Notes under the pieces: model-generated
Seen by the model: only the letters and a program-made list of their open reading frames with translations
Database searches by the model: none
Told to the model about the DNA's origin: nothing
Shown here: positions 1-8,177 of the stretch, in pieces
Layout: every line of letters begins with the position of its first letter
Numbering within the stretch: the first letter of the stretch is position 1
DNA from: Desulfuromonadales bacterium
GTDB taxonomy: Bacteria > Desulfobacterota > Desulfuromonadia > Desulfuromonadales > UBA2197
DNA: 61,788 nucleotides
Reading direction: 5' to 3'
NCBI GenBank assembly: GCA_014859605.1
Contig: JACUTW010000004.1
Location: forward strand, 1-61,788
Translations under genes and position numbers: made by a program

Positions 1-55
<55 letters not shown>

Positions 56-67
56 TCAACTTCCGAG

Positions 68-96
68 ACTATAGTCGAGGAGAGTTTTTGAGTCAA
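68..96 (-). promoter_or_regulatory. sigma70-type promoter candidate for the tRNA-fMet gene
   Basis: Minus strand reads TTGACT - 17 bp - TATAGT. The -10 ends 12 nt before the mature tRNA 5' end. Confidence 0.5.
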
Positions 97-393
97 TAGT
101 TATTTTCGCGAAACACTCTTTTTCATCGTGCTCAGAATTGGGCCTACGAACACTTGCCGACGGAACCTCATCTCTTCGCATAAATGCAAACACCAATAAT
201 CTCGTAAATATTCTTTCGATTCAGCGGGTTAGCGCCAACAGGGAGAATCAACACATTTAAAGCAAACATTTGTACGCCAGCGTTTTGCAACATTGCAAGA
301 AACCCTCTGCATCGACCTCGTTAAAAATCCAAAGCAAGCAACTAACTGACTGTTTTAAAAAGAAAATAAATTTGGGGAATATCAATAAAACCT

Positions 394-409
394 TGGTATA
401 TCTTTTGCT
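394..409 (+). promoter_or_regulatory. sigma54 (-24/-12) promoter candidate upstream of the hydrolase-fold gene
   Basis: TGGTATATCTTTTGCT has GG and GC elements with exactly the spacing of the TGGCACG-N4-TTGCW consensus. It lies about 37 nt upstream of the ATG at 446. Confidence 0.3.
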
Positions 410-445
410 ATAAACAGCACAACGACCATCACCAAGGAGAAACAC

Positions 446-1189
446 ATGAAAACTACCCACGACAACACGCCTCTCGATTTCGAACAGAACGGCAGCGGCC
501 CGGCCATCGTCTTTATCCATGATGGATCCGACAATAGTGCCATCTCTGACCGTGGCTTCGCGGCTTTGGTCCAAGCCGGCTTCCGCGTCATCGTCACCAA
601 CCTGCGCGGCCTGGCTCAATACGGGGAAGCTACGGTGGACGATCTTAGCGGTGATGCCGTCGCCTTGTTGAACTATCTTGGCATCGGCAGGGCAGTCATC
701 TTTGGCGTCGGCCGGGGAGGCTGCGTCCTCCTCAACCTGCTGGAAAAACATCCCGAACGGGTCGTCGGCTCAAGCCTGGTCATCCCCCCGGACATGGCCG
801 CCAGCCTACATCGCTTTGCTGGCCGCAACGGACTGCTGGAGACGCTGCGAACCGAGAGCGCTGCACCGCTCCTGCAGGAAATCTTTAATGCCGCCCCGAC
901 AACGCCCAAGACAAGCAGCCTCAGCGAGATCCCCGCTCTGCGCAACTGGCTCGACCTGATTGAACAGCAGCCGCAACAGTCAGGAAAAACCGGCCTGGCT
1001 CTCCTCGCCGACTTACACCTCCCGCTCCTGTTGATCGACACGCCGACTCCGCCAGCAAGACGACGCTGGCGGCAGCGCCTCGGCGGTCGAATCCGCGCCT
1101 TCAACACCAGCCTTTTGGCTCTCCTTGATCTTTTGGTGCCGGGAGAGAATGAAGAGTTCGACGAAGATGTTTTCGGCGAACTCCATTAA
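446..1189 (+). CDS. alpha/beta-hydrolase-fold protein, probably non-catalytic (nucleophile Ser missing)
   Basis: AAGGAG lies 6 nt upstream of the ATG. GPAIVFIHDGS...GFRVIVTNLRG...AVIFGVGRGGCVLLNLLEKHPERV follows the canonical alpha/beta-hydrolase pattern. The nucleophile elbow reads G-V-G-R-G instead of G-x-S-x-G. Confidence 0.6.
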   Translation: MKTTHDNTPLDFEQNGSGPAIVFIHDGSDNSAISDRGFAALVQAGFRVIVTNLRGLAQYGEATVDDLSGDAVALLNYLGIGRAVIFGVGRGGCVLLNLLEKHPERVVGSSLVIPPDMAASLHRFAGRNGLLETLRTESAAPLLQEIFNAAPTTPKTSSLSEIPALRNWLDLIEQQPQQSGKTGLALLADLHLPLLLIDTPTPPARRRWRQRLGGRIRAFNTSLLALLDLLVPGENEEFDEDVFGELH

Positions 1190-1198
1190 CAACAAAAC

Positions 1199-1235
1199 AT
1201 CCCCCTCAATTCTATTAATGAATTGGGGGGGATGT
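1199..1235 (+). terminator. stem-loop after the hydrolase-fold gene (15-bp stem, no clear U-tract)
   Basis: CATCCCCCTCAATTC / loop TATTAAT / GAATTGGGGGGGATG. There are 15 pairs including one G-U. It begins 10 nt after the stop codon. Confidence 0.45.
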
Positions 1236-1334
1236 CCCCCGGACAAACCCCTCATTTCCTTGCCGCTGATCCTGTGCTATAAATGTCGCATTCGACTGAC
1301 ATTATGACATAATCCCTGCCCCCAGGAGGCGCGC

Positions 1335-4313
1335 ATGCCCCCAAATCTCCCTGCGGATAAGACCAGCCTGCACCTGACACCCCGCGCTAACCGGGCGGCG
1401 AACCGCCGCTGGTTGCGGACCGAGATGGTTCCCTATTTTTTTACGGCCCTCGGAGACGAACCGGAAGCTCTGGACCTGCTAGAGCGGGAACTCGACACCC
1501 TGCGCTTTAATCGCCACATCGTCCTCGCCGACCGCGAAAAATCACTCATCCTTGCCACCCTCAACACTCCAGGCTCCCTTTACAGGACCTTGCAGCGTTT
1601 TCCGGAGCGCGAGGTCTCTTACGCCATGGTTGTCCATTCGGCAAACCCGGTCAGCGGGACAGAGCAGACTCTGGAGATTCAGCGCTTTGAGTTTGATCGC
1701 AAAAGCAATGAAGAAGTGAATGCCGCCAAAGAAGTGACGATTCCAGAGAGATTTCGCAAGAAGATCGTGGCTACACTACGCAAGCACTATCCCGCTTTCA
1801 ATTTGAATGCCCTTGATCATCTGCTGCGTCTCCTCTGGGTTAACAACGAAGGCTATCTGCGGACTGCTTCAATGCTGCGCATCGCCCAGGTTCTCAACAT
1901 TTTCCACATGGGGAACAGAAACAACGGCCTCTATCTCGACGTTGAACCCCAGAACGATTGCAGCGAATCAAGGATCCACTTTGCCGTCGGCAACCCGCCG
2001 CAACGCGACTTTCTCCTGCAGGTCATGGAGGTCTTCAACCGCCTTGATCTCGGGGTCAATCGCGCTTACTGCCTGACGATCAGCAACGGCATTCATCCCT
2101 ACTTTCTATCTACCTTCTATGTCCGCCGCCGTGACGGCAGCCTTCTTTGTGCCGGGGACGAACTCTTTAATCGCTTACAGCGGGAACTGGCCAATGCCCA
2201 ACTACTGTCAACCAAGAGCGCTCTCTACAATACTTTTGTCCGCAACGGCACGATGAGCGGCGAAGACGCGACCTTGATCAATGCGCTTATGGCTTTTTGT
2301 CACACCAATCTCGCTCACAACCTCCCCGGCCAGTACAAGCTGACCGAGGTGCGGGATGCCTTCCTGTCGCACCCGCAGATCGCGCTGCAACTGACCGCCC
2401 TCTTCCGCCAACGCTTTGCACCGGCAGTCACCGACCGCGAAAGCCGCTACCAGCAACTCCTGGCGGCGGCGATCAACACAATGAGCGAGTTCAACACCGG
2501 CCACCGCCACCTTGACGAAATCCGGCGCACCATCTTTCGCTGTGCCCTTACCTTTATCCGATACACCCTCAAAACCAACTTCTTTCTCCTTGAGAAACAA
2601 GCCATCGCTTTCCGCCTCGACCCGGCTTATCTCCAGGAACTCCCCGCCGAGGCGATTGCCGATCTGCCCAAAGCTACTCCCTTCCGCATCACTTTCTTCT
2701 TTAACCGCTTTGGTTTCGGCTTCCACATCGGCTTCTCCGATATCGCCCGCGGCGGCTGGCGAACGGTCATCAGCCGCAGCAAAGATGACTATATCGCCAA
2801 TGCCGAAACCCTCTTTCGAGAAAACTTTGTCCTGGCGCATACCCAGCATCTCAAGAACAAAGACATTTACGAAGGGGGCTCGAAGCTCGTCACCCTCCTT
2901 AATACCGCTGATCTTACCGCCAAAGAGCGGGTCATGGAGACCTGGCGTCTTTATAAATTGCAATACGGTATCACCAATGCCTTGCTCGACATCTTCGTGA
3001 CCGAGCAAGGCGTGGCCAGGCACCCGGCGGTTGTTGACTATTATCGCCAGGAGGAAGCGATCGAACTCGGCCCTGACGAAAATATGCATGACGAAATGAT
3101 CGAGGCGATTGCCGACCTTTCGCGCCGACGCGGCTACATCCTTGGCATCGGTATCATGTCGAGCAAAAAGATCGGCATCAACCACAAGGAGTATGGCGTG
3201 ACCTCGACGGGAGTCGTGAAATTTGCCGAGATTGCCATGCGCGAAATCGGTATCGATATCCACCGCGACCCTTATTCCCTCAAACTCACCGGCGGCCCGA
3301 ATGGGGATGTCGCCGGTAACGCTCTACACCTCCTCCTTGAGCAATCGCCACAGATCGCCATCCGTCTCATCCTCGATGGCACCGCCGCCCTCTTCGACCC
3401 CGTTGGTGCTGACCATGCGGAGCTGAAACGCCTGAACCTGCGCCACGATCTCGACGCCTTCGATCCGCAACATCTCCACCCCGGCGGCTTCCTCCTGCTG
3501 CGCACAGGAGTCCGGCGCGACAAGTTGCAGGACCTTTACTGCAAAATATCGATGACCGACTCCGGTCTTGTTGAAGAGTGGATCCCCAGCGAGCAATTCG
3601 CCCGAACGTATACCGACCTGGTCTTTACCGTCACGGCCGACCTCTTTATCCCCGCCGGCGGCCGCCCGGAGACGATCGACAAAGAAAACTGGGAAAAGTT
3701 CTTTCACGCCGACGGATCACCCTCGGCTAAAGTGATTGTCGAGGGGGCCAACTCCTTCCTGACCCCGGAAGCACGGCTACAACTGCAACGACGCAACGTC
3801 CTCATCATGCGCGACGCCTCGGCCAACAAGTGCGGCGTCATTTCGTCGTCTTACGAAGTCCTCGCCAATCTCCTGTTTTCAAACGAGGAGTTCCTTGAAC
3901 ACAAGACCGCCTACGTCAACGATGTCCTCACCATTCTCAAAAAACGCGCCAAGGACGAAGCGGAACTGATCCTGCTGCGCCGGCGGACGCAACCGACACT
4001 GCTATGTACGGAGATCTCTGACGCTCTGAGCACCGAGATCAATGCCAATTATGCTCGACTTTACCGTTTCTTTCAGAGTCACCCTGAACTCTGCACGCAA
4101 CCACTTTATCGTCGAACAATTCTGGCGCACCTCCCGGCGCTGATTCGCCATGTACCGAGATTGCGTCAACGCATCAGACGCCTTCCCGAAAAGTATTGCT
4201 TCGCCATCCTCGCTGCGGAAATCGGTTCGTCGCTGGTCTATCAAGGGGAGAGCGACGCTGACTTTTCCGACATGATTCGCATGCACCTGACCCGGAAATT
4301 TGCCCGCACCTAA
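1335..4313 (+). CDS. NAD-specific glutamate dehydrogenase, large (about 110 kDa) class
   Basis: AGGAGG RBS, 992 aa. ARGGWRTVISRS, HLKNKDIYEGGSK, LTGGPNGDVAGN, EGANSFLTPEAR and DASANKCGVISSSYEV resemble the catalytic core motifs of the large bacterial NAD-GDH family (Bac_GDH type). Confidence 0.65.
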   Translation: MPPNLPADKTSLHLTPRANRAANRRWLRTEMVPYFFTALGDEPEALDLLERELDTLRFNRHIVLADREKSLILATLNTPGSLYRTLQRFPEREVSYAMVVHSANPVSGTEQTLEIQRFEFDRKSNEEVNAAKEVTIPERFRKKIVATLRKHYPAFNLNALDHLLRLLWVNNEGYLRTASMLRIAQVLNIFHMGNRNNGLYLDVEPQNDCSESRIHFAVGNPPQRDFLLQVMEVFNRLDLGVNRAYCLTISNGIHPYFLSTFYVRRRDGSLLCAGDELFNRLQRELANAQLLSTKSALYNTFVRNGTMSGEDATLINALMAFCHTNLAHNLPGQYKLTEVRDAFLSHPQIALQLTALFRQRFAPAVTDRESRYQQLLAAAINTMSEFNTGHRHLDEIRRTIFRCALTFIRYTLKTNFFLLEKQAIAFRLDPAYLQELPAEAIADLPKATPFRITFFFNRFGFGFHIGFSDIARGGWRTVISRSKDDYIANAETLFRENFVLAHTQHLKNKDIYEGGSKLVTLLNTADLTAKERVMETWRLYKLQYGITNALLDIFVTEQGVARHPAVVDYYRQEEAIELGPDENMHDEMIEAIADLSRRRGYILGIGIMSSKKIGINHKEYGVTSTGVVKFAEIAMREIGIDIHRDPYSLKLTGGPNGDVAGNALHLLLEQSPQIAIRLILDGTAALFDPVGADHAELKRLNLRHDLDAFDPQHLHPGGFLLLRTGVRRDKLQDLYCKISMTDSGLVEEWIPSEQFARTYTDLVFTVTADLFIPAGGRPETIDKENWEKFFHADGSPSAKVIVEGANSFLTPEARLQLQRRNVLIMRDASANKCGVISSSYEVLANLLFSNEEFLEHKTAYVNDVLTILKKRAKDEAELILLRRRTQPTLLCTEISDALSTEINANYARLYRFFQSHPELCTQPLYRRTILAHLPALIRHVPRLRQRIRRLPEKYCFAILAAEIGSSLVYQGESDADFSDMIRMHLTRKFART

Positions 4314-4334
4314 CGGTCGCAAGGACTTTCCAGA

Positions 4335-4376
4335 CAAAAAAGGCCAGAGCGGATATTCCCGTCTCTGGCCTTTTCC
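4335..4376. terminator. bidirectional rho-independent terminator between convergent genes
   Basis: AAAAAAGGCCAGAGCGG...CCGTCTCTGGCCTTTT: a GC-rich stem flanked by an A-run and a T-run, between the stops at 4313 (+) and 4397 (-). Confidence 0.75.
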
Positions 4377-4396
4377 CATGAATGATGCTGTTTTCT

Positions 4397-5374
4397 TTAC
4401 TTTTTTGGTATGTCCTTATATTCACTCTTTTCCGGAACAAAACGCCGGCCAACAGGATCGAAACGGTAATGGCCGGCATCCCAGAGACGCTCCAAATCTT
4501 TCCAGTCGAGGTGCACCCCCTCCAACTCTTCAAAGGCGAGGGATGCTTCCAGCATTTCAGCATCGTCGATACTGCTGTCGCCATCAAGATCAGACCAATT
4601 GTACGGGCCGACTGTCATCTCGGTTTCGCCGACAGAAGAGATCGCCTGATTCTTCTCATCGAGATTAGCTACAATCTCACCCCGGAAGCGGGCAATCATT
4701 CCCAACGGAGAACGGGCATCGACGCGAACGAGATATACGATCCGGGATCGCTCCTCCCCCGGCTTGACGATCCAGCGCGCCATACCATCCTGATTGTCGA
4801 TACTTGACGCGGGAGGTGAGGCCTCGATGACTTCCCAGCCCGGCGGAAAATGTTCACGAATGATATAGCGCTTGGTGGCATCATCAACATTCAAACGTAA
4901 GCGCACCGGGATGATCATCCCGGGAGCAGCGTAACGGGGGAGAATGCGAGCGGCAGTAACATCGACGGGGCTGGGAGTGCCGGGAAAGATGGGGCTCAAC
5001 CAACGGTACAAAAGGAATCCGAGTCCACCGAGCAGGAGTCCTATCCCGCCAAGATAAAGGTAGAAACGCGCGCTGAAAGTTCTTTCGCCGGGAGCAGCGG
5101 AAGCAACGACCTCAACACGCTCTTCTTCTGCAGTGCACTCCCCGGCAAGCGGATCAGCTTTAATCAGGAACGGCGCCGGAGCTTCGAGAGCCTCTGCGAG
5201 TTTGAAAAGGTTTTCACGCCGCACCGTCGGATAACGATTATTCTCCCAGCGCGAAATCGTATCAGTGGTGACCCCGACGACTTTTGCGACATAAAGCTGG
5301 GTCAAACGCTTCTCTTCGCGAATACGGCGAACGGCGGCACCATCGAGACAGACTGTCGGCGGGAAGTTAAACAT
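4397..5374 (-). CDS. membrane-anchored XRE-family helix-turn-helix protein with an extracytoplasmic domain carrying an EF-hand/dockerin-like Ca-binding loop
   Basis: The N-terminus LTQLYVAKVVGVTTDTISRWENNRYPTVRRENLFKLAEAL is an XRE/Cro-type HTH. There is a single hydrophobic span, FYLYLGGIGLLLGGLGFLLY. The C-terminal part contains DLDGDSSIDDAE, which fits a 12-residue EF-hand loop (D1, D3, D5, I8, E12). Confidence 0.6.
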   Translation of the reverse strand: MFNFPPTVCLDGAAVRRIREEKRLTQLYVAKVVGVTTDTISRWENNRYPTVRRENLFKLAEALEAPAPFLIKADPLAGECTAEEERVEVVASAAPGERTFSARFYLYLGGIGLLLGGLGFLLYRWLSPIFPGTPSPVDVTAARILPRYAAPGMIIPVRLRLNVDDATKRYIIREHFPPGWEVIEASPPASSIDNQDGMARWIVKPGEERSRIVYLVRVDARSPLGMIARFRGEIVANLDEKNQAISSVGETEMTVGPYNWSDLDGDSSIDDAEMLEASLAFEELEGVHLDWKDLERLWDAGHYRFDPVGRRFVPEKSEYKDIPKK

Positions 5375-5516
5375 CTAAATATCGACTCCTTCTTGACGCG
5401 CCGGAGTCTAACAAAAACCTTTCAAGAGTGCAATCAATACGATTTAATTCGACTTAGGGCCTGGCAACAACCCGACATAACGGCAGCTAACTTGCTGAAA
5501 AAAGACAAATGTCGAC

Positions 5517-5546
5517 AGACATCGACTGGAATTCCTGTCGATGTCT
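5517..5546. promoter_or_regulatory. 30-bp near-perfect palindrome (candidate operator or activator site) in the divergent region between the HTH gene and cytochrome c7
   Basis: AGACATCGAC-T-GGAATTCC-T-GTCGATGTCT: 28 of 30 positions are self-complementary. It is centred about 40 bp upstream of a TGnTATATT extended -10. Confidence 0.5.
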
Positions 5547-5567
5547 AATGGAATAGGACACGCACTC

Positions 5568-5576
5568 TGCTATATT
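5568..5576 (+). promoter_or_regulatory. extended -10 promoter element candidate for the cytochrome c7 gene
   Basis: TGCTATATT (TGn + TATATT) lies 61 nt upstream of the ATG at 5637. The -35 is poor. Confidence 0.35.
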
Positions 5577-5636
5577 CTTTTCAAAAGCGGCTCGTCCGCG
5601 ACTCATTTGTCCATCAAACCCACAGGAGAAGCCATC

Positions 5637-5909
5637 ATGAAAAATCTCGTCATTGCCGCCATGCTCGTCGCCTTCGCTACCAGCGCCGCTCTTGCTGCCG
5701 ACACAGTTGTGCTCGAAGCTAAAAATGGTAATGTTACTTTCAACCACAAAGCCCATGGCGAAGCCTTGAAAGACTGCAAAATCTGCCACGGCGATGCGAC
5801 CCCAGGAAAGATCGAACTCGACAAAGACAAAGCACATGCTCTGTGCAAAGATTGCCACACTAAAGGCGGCCAAGGCCCGACCAAATGCGGCGATTGCCAC
5901 AAAAAGTAA
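5637..5909 (+). CDS. periplasmic triheme cytochrome c7 (PpcA family)
   Basis: AGGAGA RBS. Signal peptide MKNLVIAAMLVAFATSAALA, followed by ADTVVLEAKNGNVTFNHKAH...CKICH...CKDCH...CGDCHKK. Three CXXCH motifs and the length and sequence pattern match Geobacter/Desulfuromonas c7. The track ORF start at 5541 lies inside the palindrome and was rejected. Confidence 0.9.
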   Translation: MKNLVIAAMLVAFATSAALAADTVVLEAKNGNVTFNHKAHGEALKDCKICHGDATPGKIELDKDKAHALCKDCHTKGGQGPTKCGDCHKK

Positions 5910-5930
5910 GCTCTCTACACAGCTGAATTA

Positions 5931-5967
5931 AAAAGGAGGTTCCGCGCAATGTGGAACCTCCTTTTTC
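5931..5967 (+). terminator. rho-independent terminator of the c7 gene
   Basis: AGGAGGTTCC - loop - GGAACCTCCT followed by TTTTT. Confidence 0.8.
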
Positions 5968-5978
5968 CGTTTCAGACC

Positions 5979-6008
5979 TTGACATTCCCTTTCTTGCCGC
6001 TACATGAT
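5979..6008 (+). promoter_or_regulatory. sigma70-type promoter candidate for tpx
   Basis: TTGACA - 18 bp - CATGAT, about 34 nt upstream of the tpx ATG. Confidence 0.35.
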
Positions 6009-6041
6009 GACAAATTCACTAATCAATTTATTGGAGGCGCC

Positions 6042-6560
6042 ATGACTGAAGAACGCAACAACATCGTTACATTCAAAGGTAATCCCGCAACCCTGCTCGG
6101 TCCCGACATCAAGGTCGGCGACACTGCCCCTGAATTTCGTGTTGTTGACAACGCCCTGCAAGCAGTGACGTTGGCCAGCAACCTTGGCAAAGTACAACTC
6201 ATCGCTGTCGTCCCTTCGATCGACACCCCGGTTTGCGATACTATGACCCGCAAGTTCAATGAAAAAGCGGCGCAGTTGCCGGAAAGCGTCGTCGTTCTGA
6301 CTATCAGCGTTGATCTCCCTTTTGCCCAGAAGCGCTGGTGCGGTAATGCCGGCATCGAAAAAGTACGGGTTGTTTCAGATTATCAGGACCGCTCTTTCGG
6401 TCTAAACTACGGGCTGCTGCTCAAAGAGCTCAAACTCCTGGCCCGCGCTATCTATGTTATCGACAAGAACGGAAAAGTAGCTTATCGGGAGATCGTTAAA
6501 GAGGTAACCGCTGAACCTGACTACGATGCCGCCCTCGCGGCAGCTAGCAAACTCGCCTGA
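6042..6560 (+). CDS. tpx: thiol peroxidase (atypical 2-Cys peroxiredoxin Tpx)
   Basis: GGAGG RBS. VTFKGNP..LLG, VPSIDTPVCDT (peroxidatic Cys) and FAQKRWCG (resolving Cys) are Tpx hallmarks. The start was moved to Met32 of the track ORF. Confidence 0.9.
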   Translation: MTEERNNIVTFKGNPATLLGPDIKVGDTAPEFRVVDNALQAVTLASNLGKVQLIAVVPSIDTPVCDTMTRKFNEKAAQLPESVVVLTISVDLPFAQKRWCGNAGIEKVRVVSDYQDRSFGLNYGLLLKELKLLARAIYVIDKNGKVAYREIVKEVTAEPDYDAALAAASKLA

Positions 6561-6578
6561 ACACAGGACGGAATAAAC

Positions 6579-6617
6579 GCAAAAAGGGACTGGCCGTTAT
6601 GGTCAATCCCTTTTTGC
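6579..6617. terminator. bidirectional terminator shared by tpx (+) and rpsU (-)
   Basis: GCAAAAAGGGA...TCCCTTTTTGC inverted repeat with A/T runs on both sides, between convergent stop codons. Confidence 0.7.
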
Positions 6618-6636
6618 GTTGTATGTCGGGGGCTTG

Positions 6637-6831
6637 TTATTCTGGACGCATCAAGCGTTGTTTCTTGCGAAGACGACGCTGTGCTTCCTTCTCCTTGCGC
6701 TTGCGTTTAACGCTCGGTTTTTCGTAAAATTTGCGCTGTTTCATTTCACGAAAGAGCCCTTCCTGCTGCAGCTTACGCTTGAGCACACGAATGGCTTTCT
6801 CAACGTTATTATCAATAACTTGGATTTCCAA
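6637..6831 (-). CDS. rpsU: 30S ribosomal protein S21
   Basis: EIQVIDNNVEKAIRVLKRKLQQEGLFREMKQRKFYEKPSVKRKRK is an S21 signature. GAGGTG lies 7 nt before the second TTG (6831), while the first TTG (6837) abuts the SD, so I call a TTG start at 6831. Confidence 0.85.
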   Translation of the reverse strand: MEIQVIDNNVEKAIRVLKRKLQQEGLFREMKQRKFYEKPSVKRKRKEKEAQRRLRKKQRLMRPE

Positions 6832-6935
6832 GAACAATCACCTCACTTCCCTGCGATATGCAACCCTCATCGAACGAGAGCGAGCGGAAAACTACCCTAT
6901 CCACACAAAAAAAGCAAGATGTAAATATGCTGAGA

Positions 6936-8069
6936 TCAGGGGGAAGAAGAAGGGATTTTTCCCGTATATAGTGCAACGGCGAGGCCGCCGTTCACCAGCC
7001 GCGCCCGGCAGTGAAGCTCGAGGCCGGTCGCCAGAGCCAGATGCTCTTCCGGAGCGATAAAAGCTATGGTCCAACCCGGAAAGGCGCGGCGAAAACCGTC
7101 CCCCAAGCTCCGGTAAAGTCCATGAAGGTCGTCACCCCGCTCCAAACGAATCCCATAAGGAGGATTACAGAGAACCAGTCCAGGTCCGGACCGTACGGGC
7201 AGGGAGTTCAAGTCCGAACAACTGATATCGATCATCTCTGCGACCCCGGCCTGCCGTGCGTTCTGCGCAGCCACCGCCAGGACACGATCATCATGATCAG
7301 AGGCATAAATTGGCGCTGGAGAAAGGATAATCTTACGATCGGCCTCGGCGGTCAAAGCCTGCCACAGACCGGGACGATAACCGGGCCAACGCATAAAAGC
7401 AAAGTGACGATGCCGCCCCGGGGGTTGCTGTGAAGCTATCAGCCCCCCTTCCACGACAATGGTGCCGGAACCGCACAACGGATCACATAAAGGGGTTGAA
7501 CCGTCCCACCCCAGAAGGAGCAAGGAGGCCGCCGCCAGTGTTTCCCGTAAAGGCGCCGCTCCGGCGGCAGCACGATAACCGCGTTTATGGAGAAGCTCCC
7601 CGGAACTGTCACAAGAGATCGTGCAGCTATCTTCGTCAAAGCGGACCAGGATCAGTTGCGTGAAACCAGAATGGCCCTCTCCAGCCATGCTCCGACCAAG
7701 AGCGCGTTCTATCGCCGCACTGACGGTCTCGGCAATCCGGCCAGTATGAATGAGCCGGGAGCGATGTGCGCTTGCGCGAATCTCGATCGCTGTATCCGGA
7801 CACAGAAAACTTCCCCAGGGGAGGCGTAAGGCTTTCCGAAAAAGGTCGGGGAAGTCGGTCGCCTTGAACTCGTCAAAACGAACGACAATTCTAGTGGCAG
7901 TACGCAGGTGCAGGTTGGCAGCATAAAGCTCACGGAGTCCACCACGGCACGACACCCCGCCGCCGACGGAATGGACCTCCTCCAACCCGAGAGCGGCAGC
8001 TTCAGCGGCACAGACCCCTTCCAGTCCCGGCGCCGTAATAATGAAAATTTGCGACTGTTTCTTCTTCAT
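6936..8069 (-). CDS. THUMP-domain class I SAM-dependent RNA methyltransferase (RlmL/YpsC-like)
   Basis: 377 aa. The N-terminal region is THUMP-like. DPLCGSGTIVVEG is SAM motif I and LVLCNPPYG is the NPPY motif IV. Confidence 0.7.
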   Translation of the reverse strand: MKKKQSQIFIITAPGLEGVCAAEAAALGLEEVHSVGGGVSCRGGLRELYAANLHLRTATRIVVRFDEFKATDFPDLFRKALRLPWGSFLCPDTAIEIRASAHRSRLIHTGRIAETVSAAIERALGRSMAGEGHSGFTQLILVRFDEDSCTISCDSSGELLHKRGYRAAAGAAPLRETLAAASLLLLGWDGSTPLCDPLCGSGTIVVEGGLIASQQPPGRHRHFAFMRWPGYRPGLWQALTAEADRKIILSPAPIYASDHDDRVLAVAAQNARQAGVAEMIDISCSDLNSLPVRSGPGLVLCNPPYGIRLERGDDLHGLYRSLGDGFRRAFPGWTIAFIAPEEHLALATGLELHCRARLVNGGLAVALYTGKIPSSSP

Positions 8070-8177
8070 ATTGCCTCATAAGGTTGTACATTTGAGAAGA
8101 AGGGTTGATTCTCCTTCATCCTTTAACCCGGATTCGGAGCTCTGCTACCATATCATCATTCTTTCCTGAGGATAACA

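Noticed and set aside
257-751. A 164-aa minus-strand ORF spanning the intergenic region and the start of the hydrolase-fold gene.
   Set aside because: It overlaps a plus-strand gene that has a good RBS and a fold signature. Its own sequence is low-complexity and has no RBS.
5541-5636. A 32-codon N-terminal extension of the cytochrome c7 ORF.
   Set aside because: It would start inside the 30-bp palindrome, it has no RBS, and it would bury the signal peptide. The AGGAGA RBS precedes the ATG at 5637.
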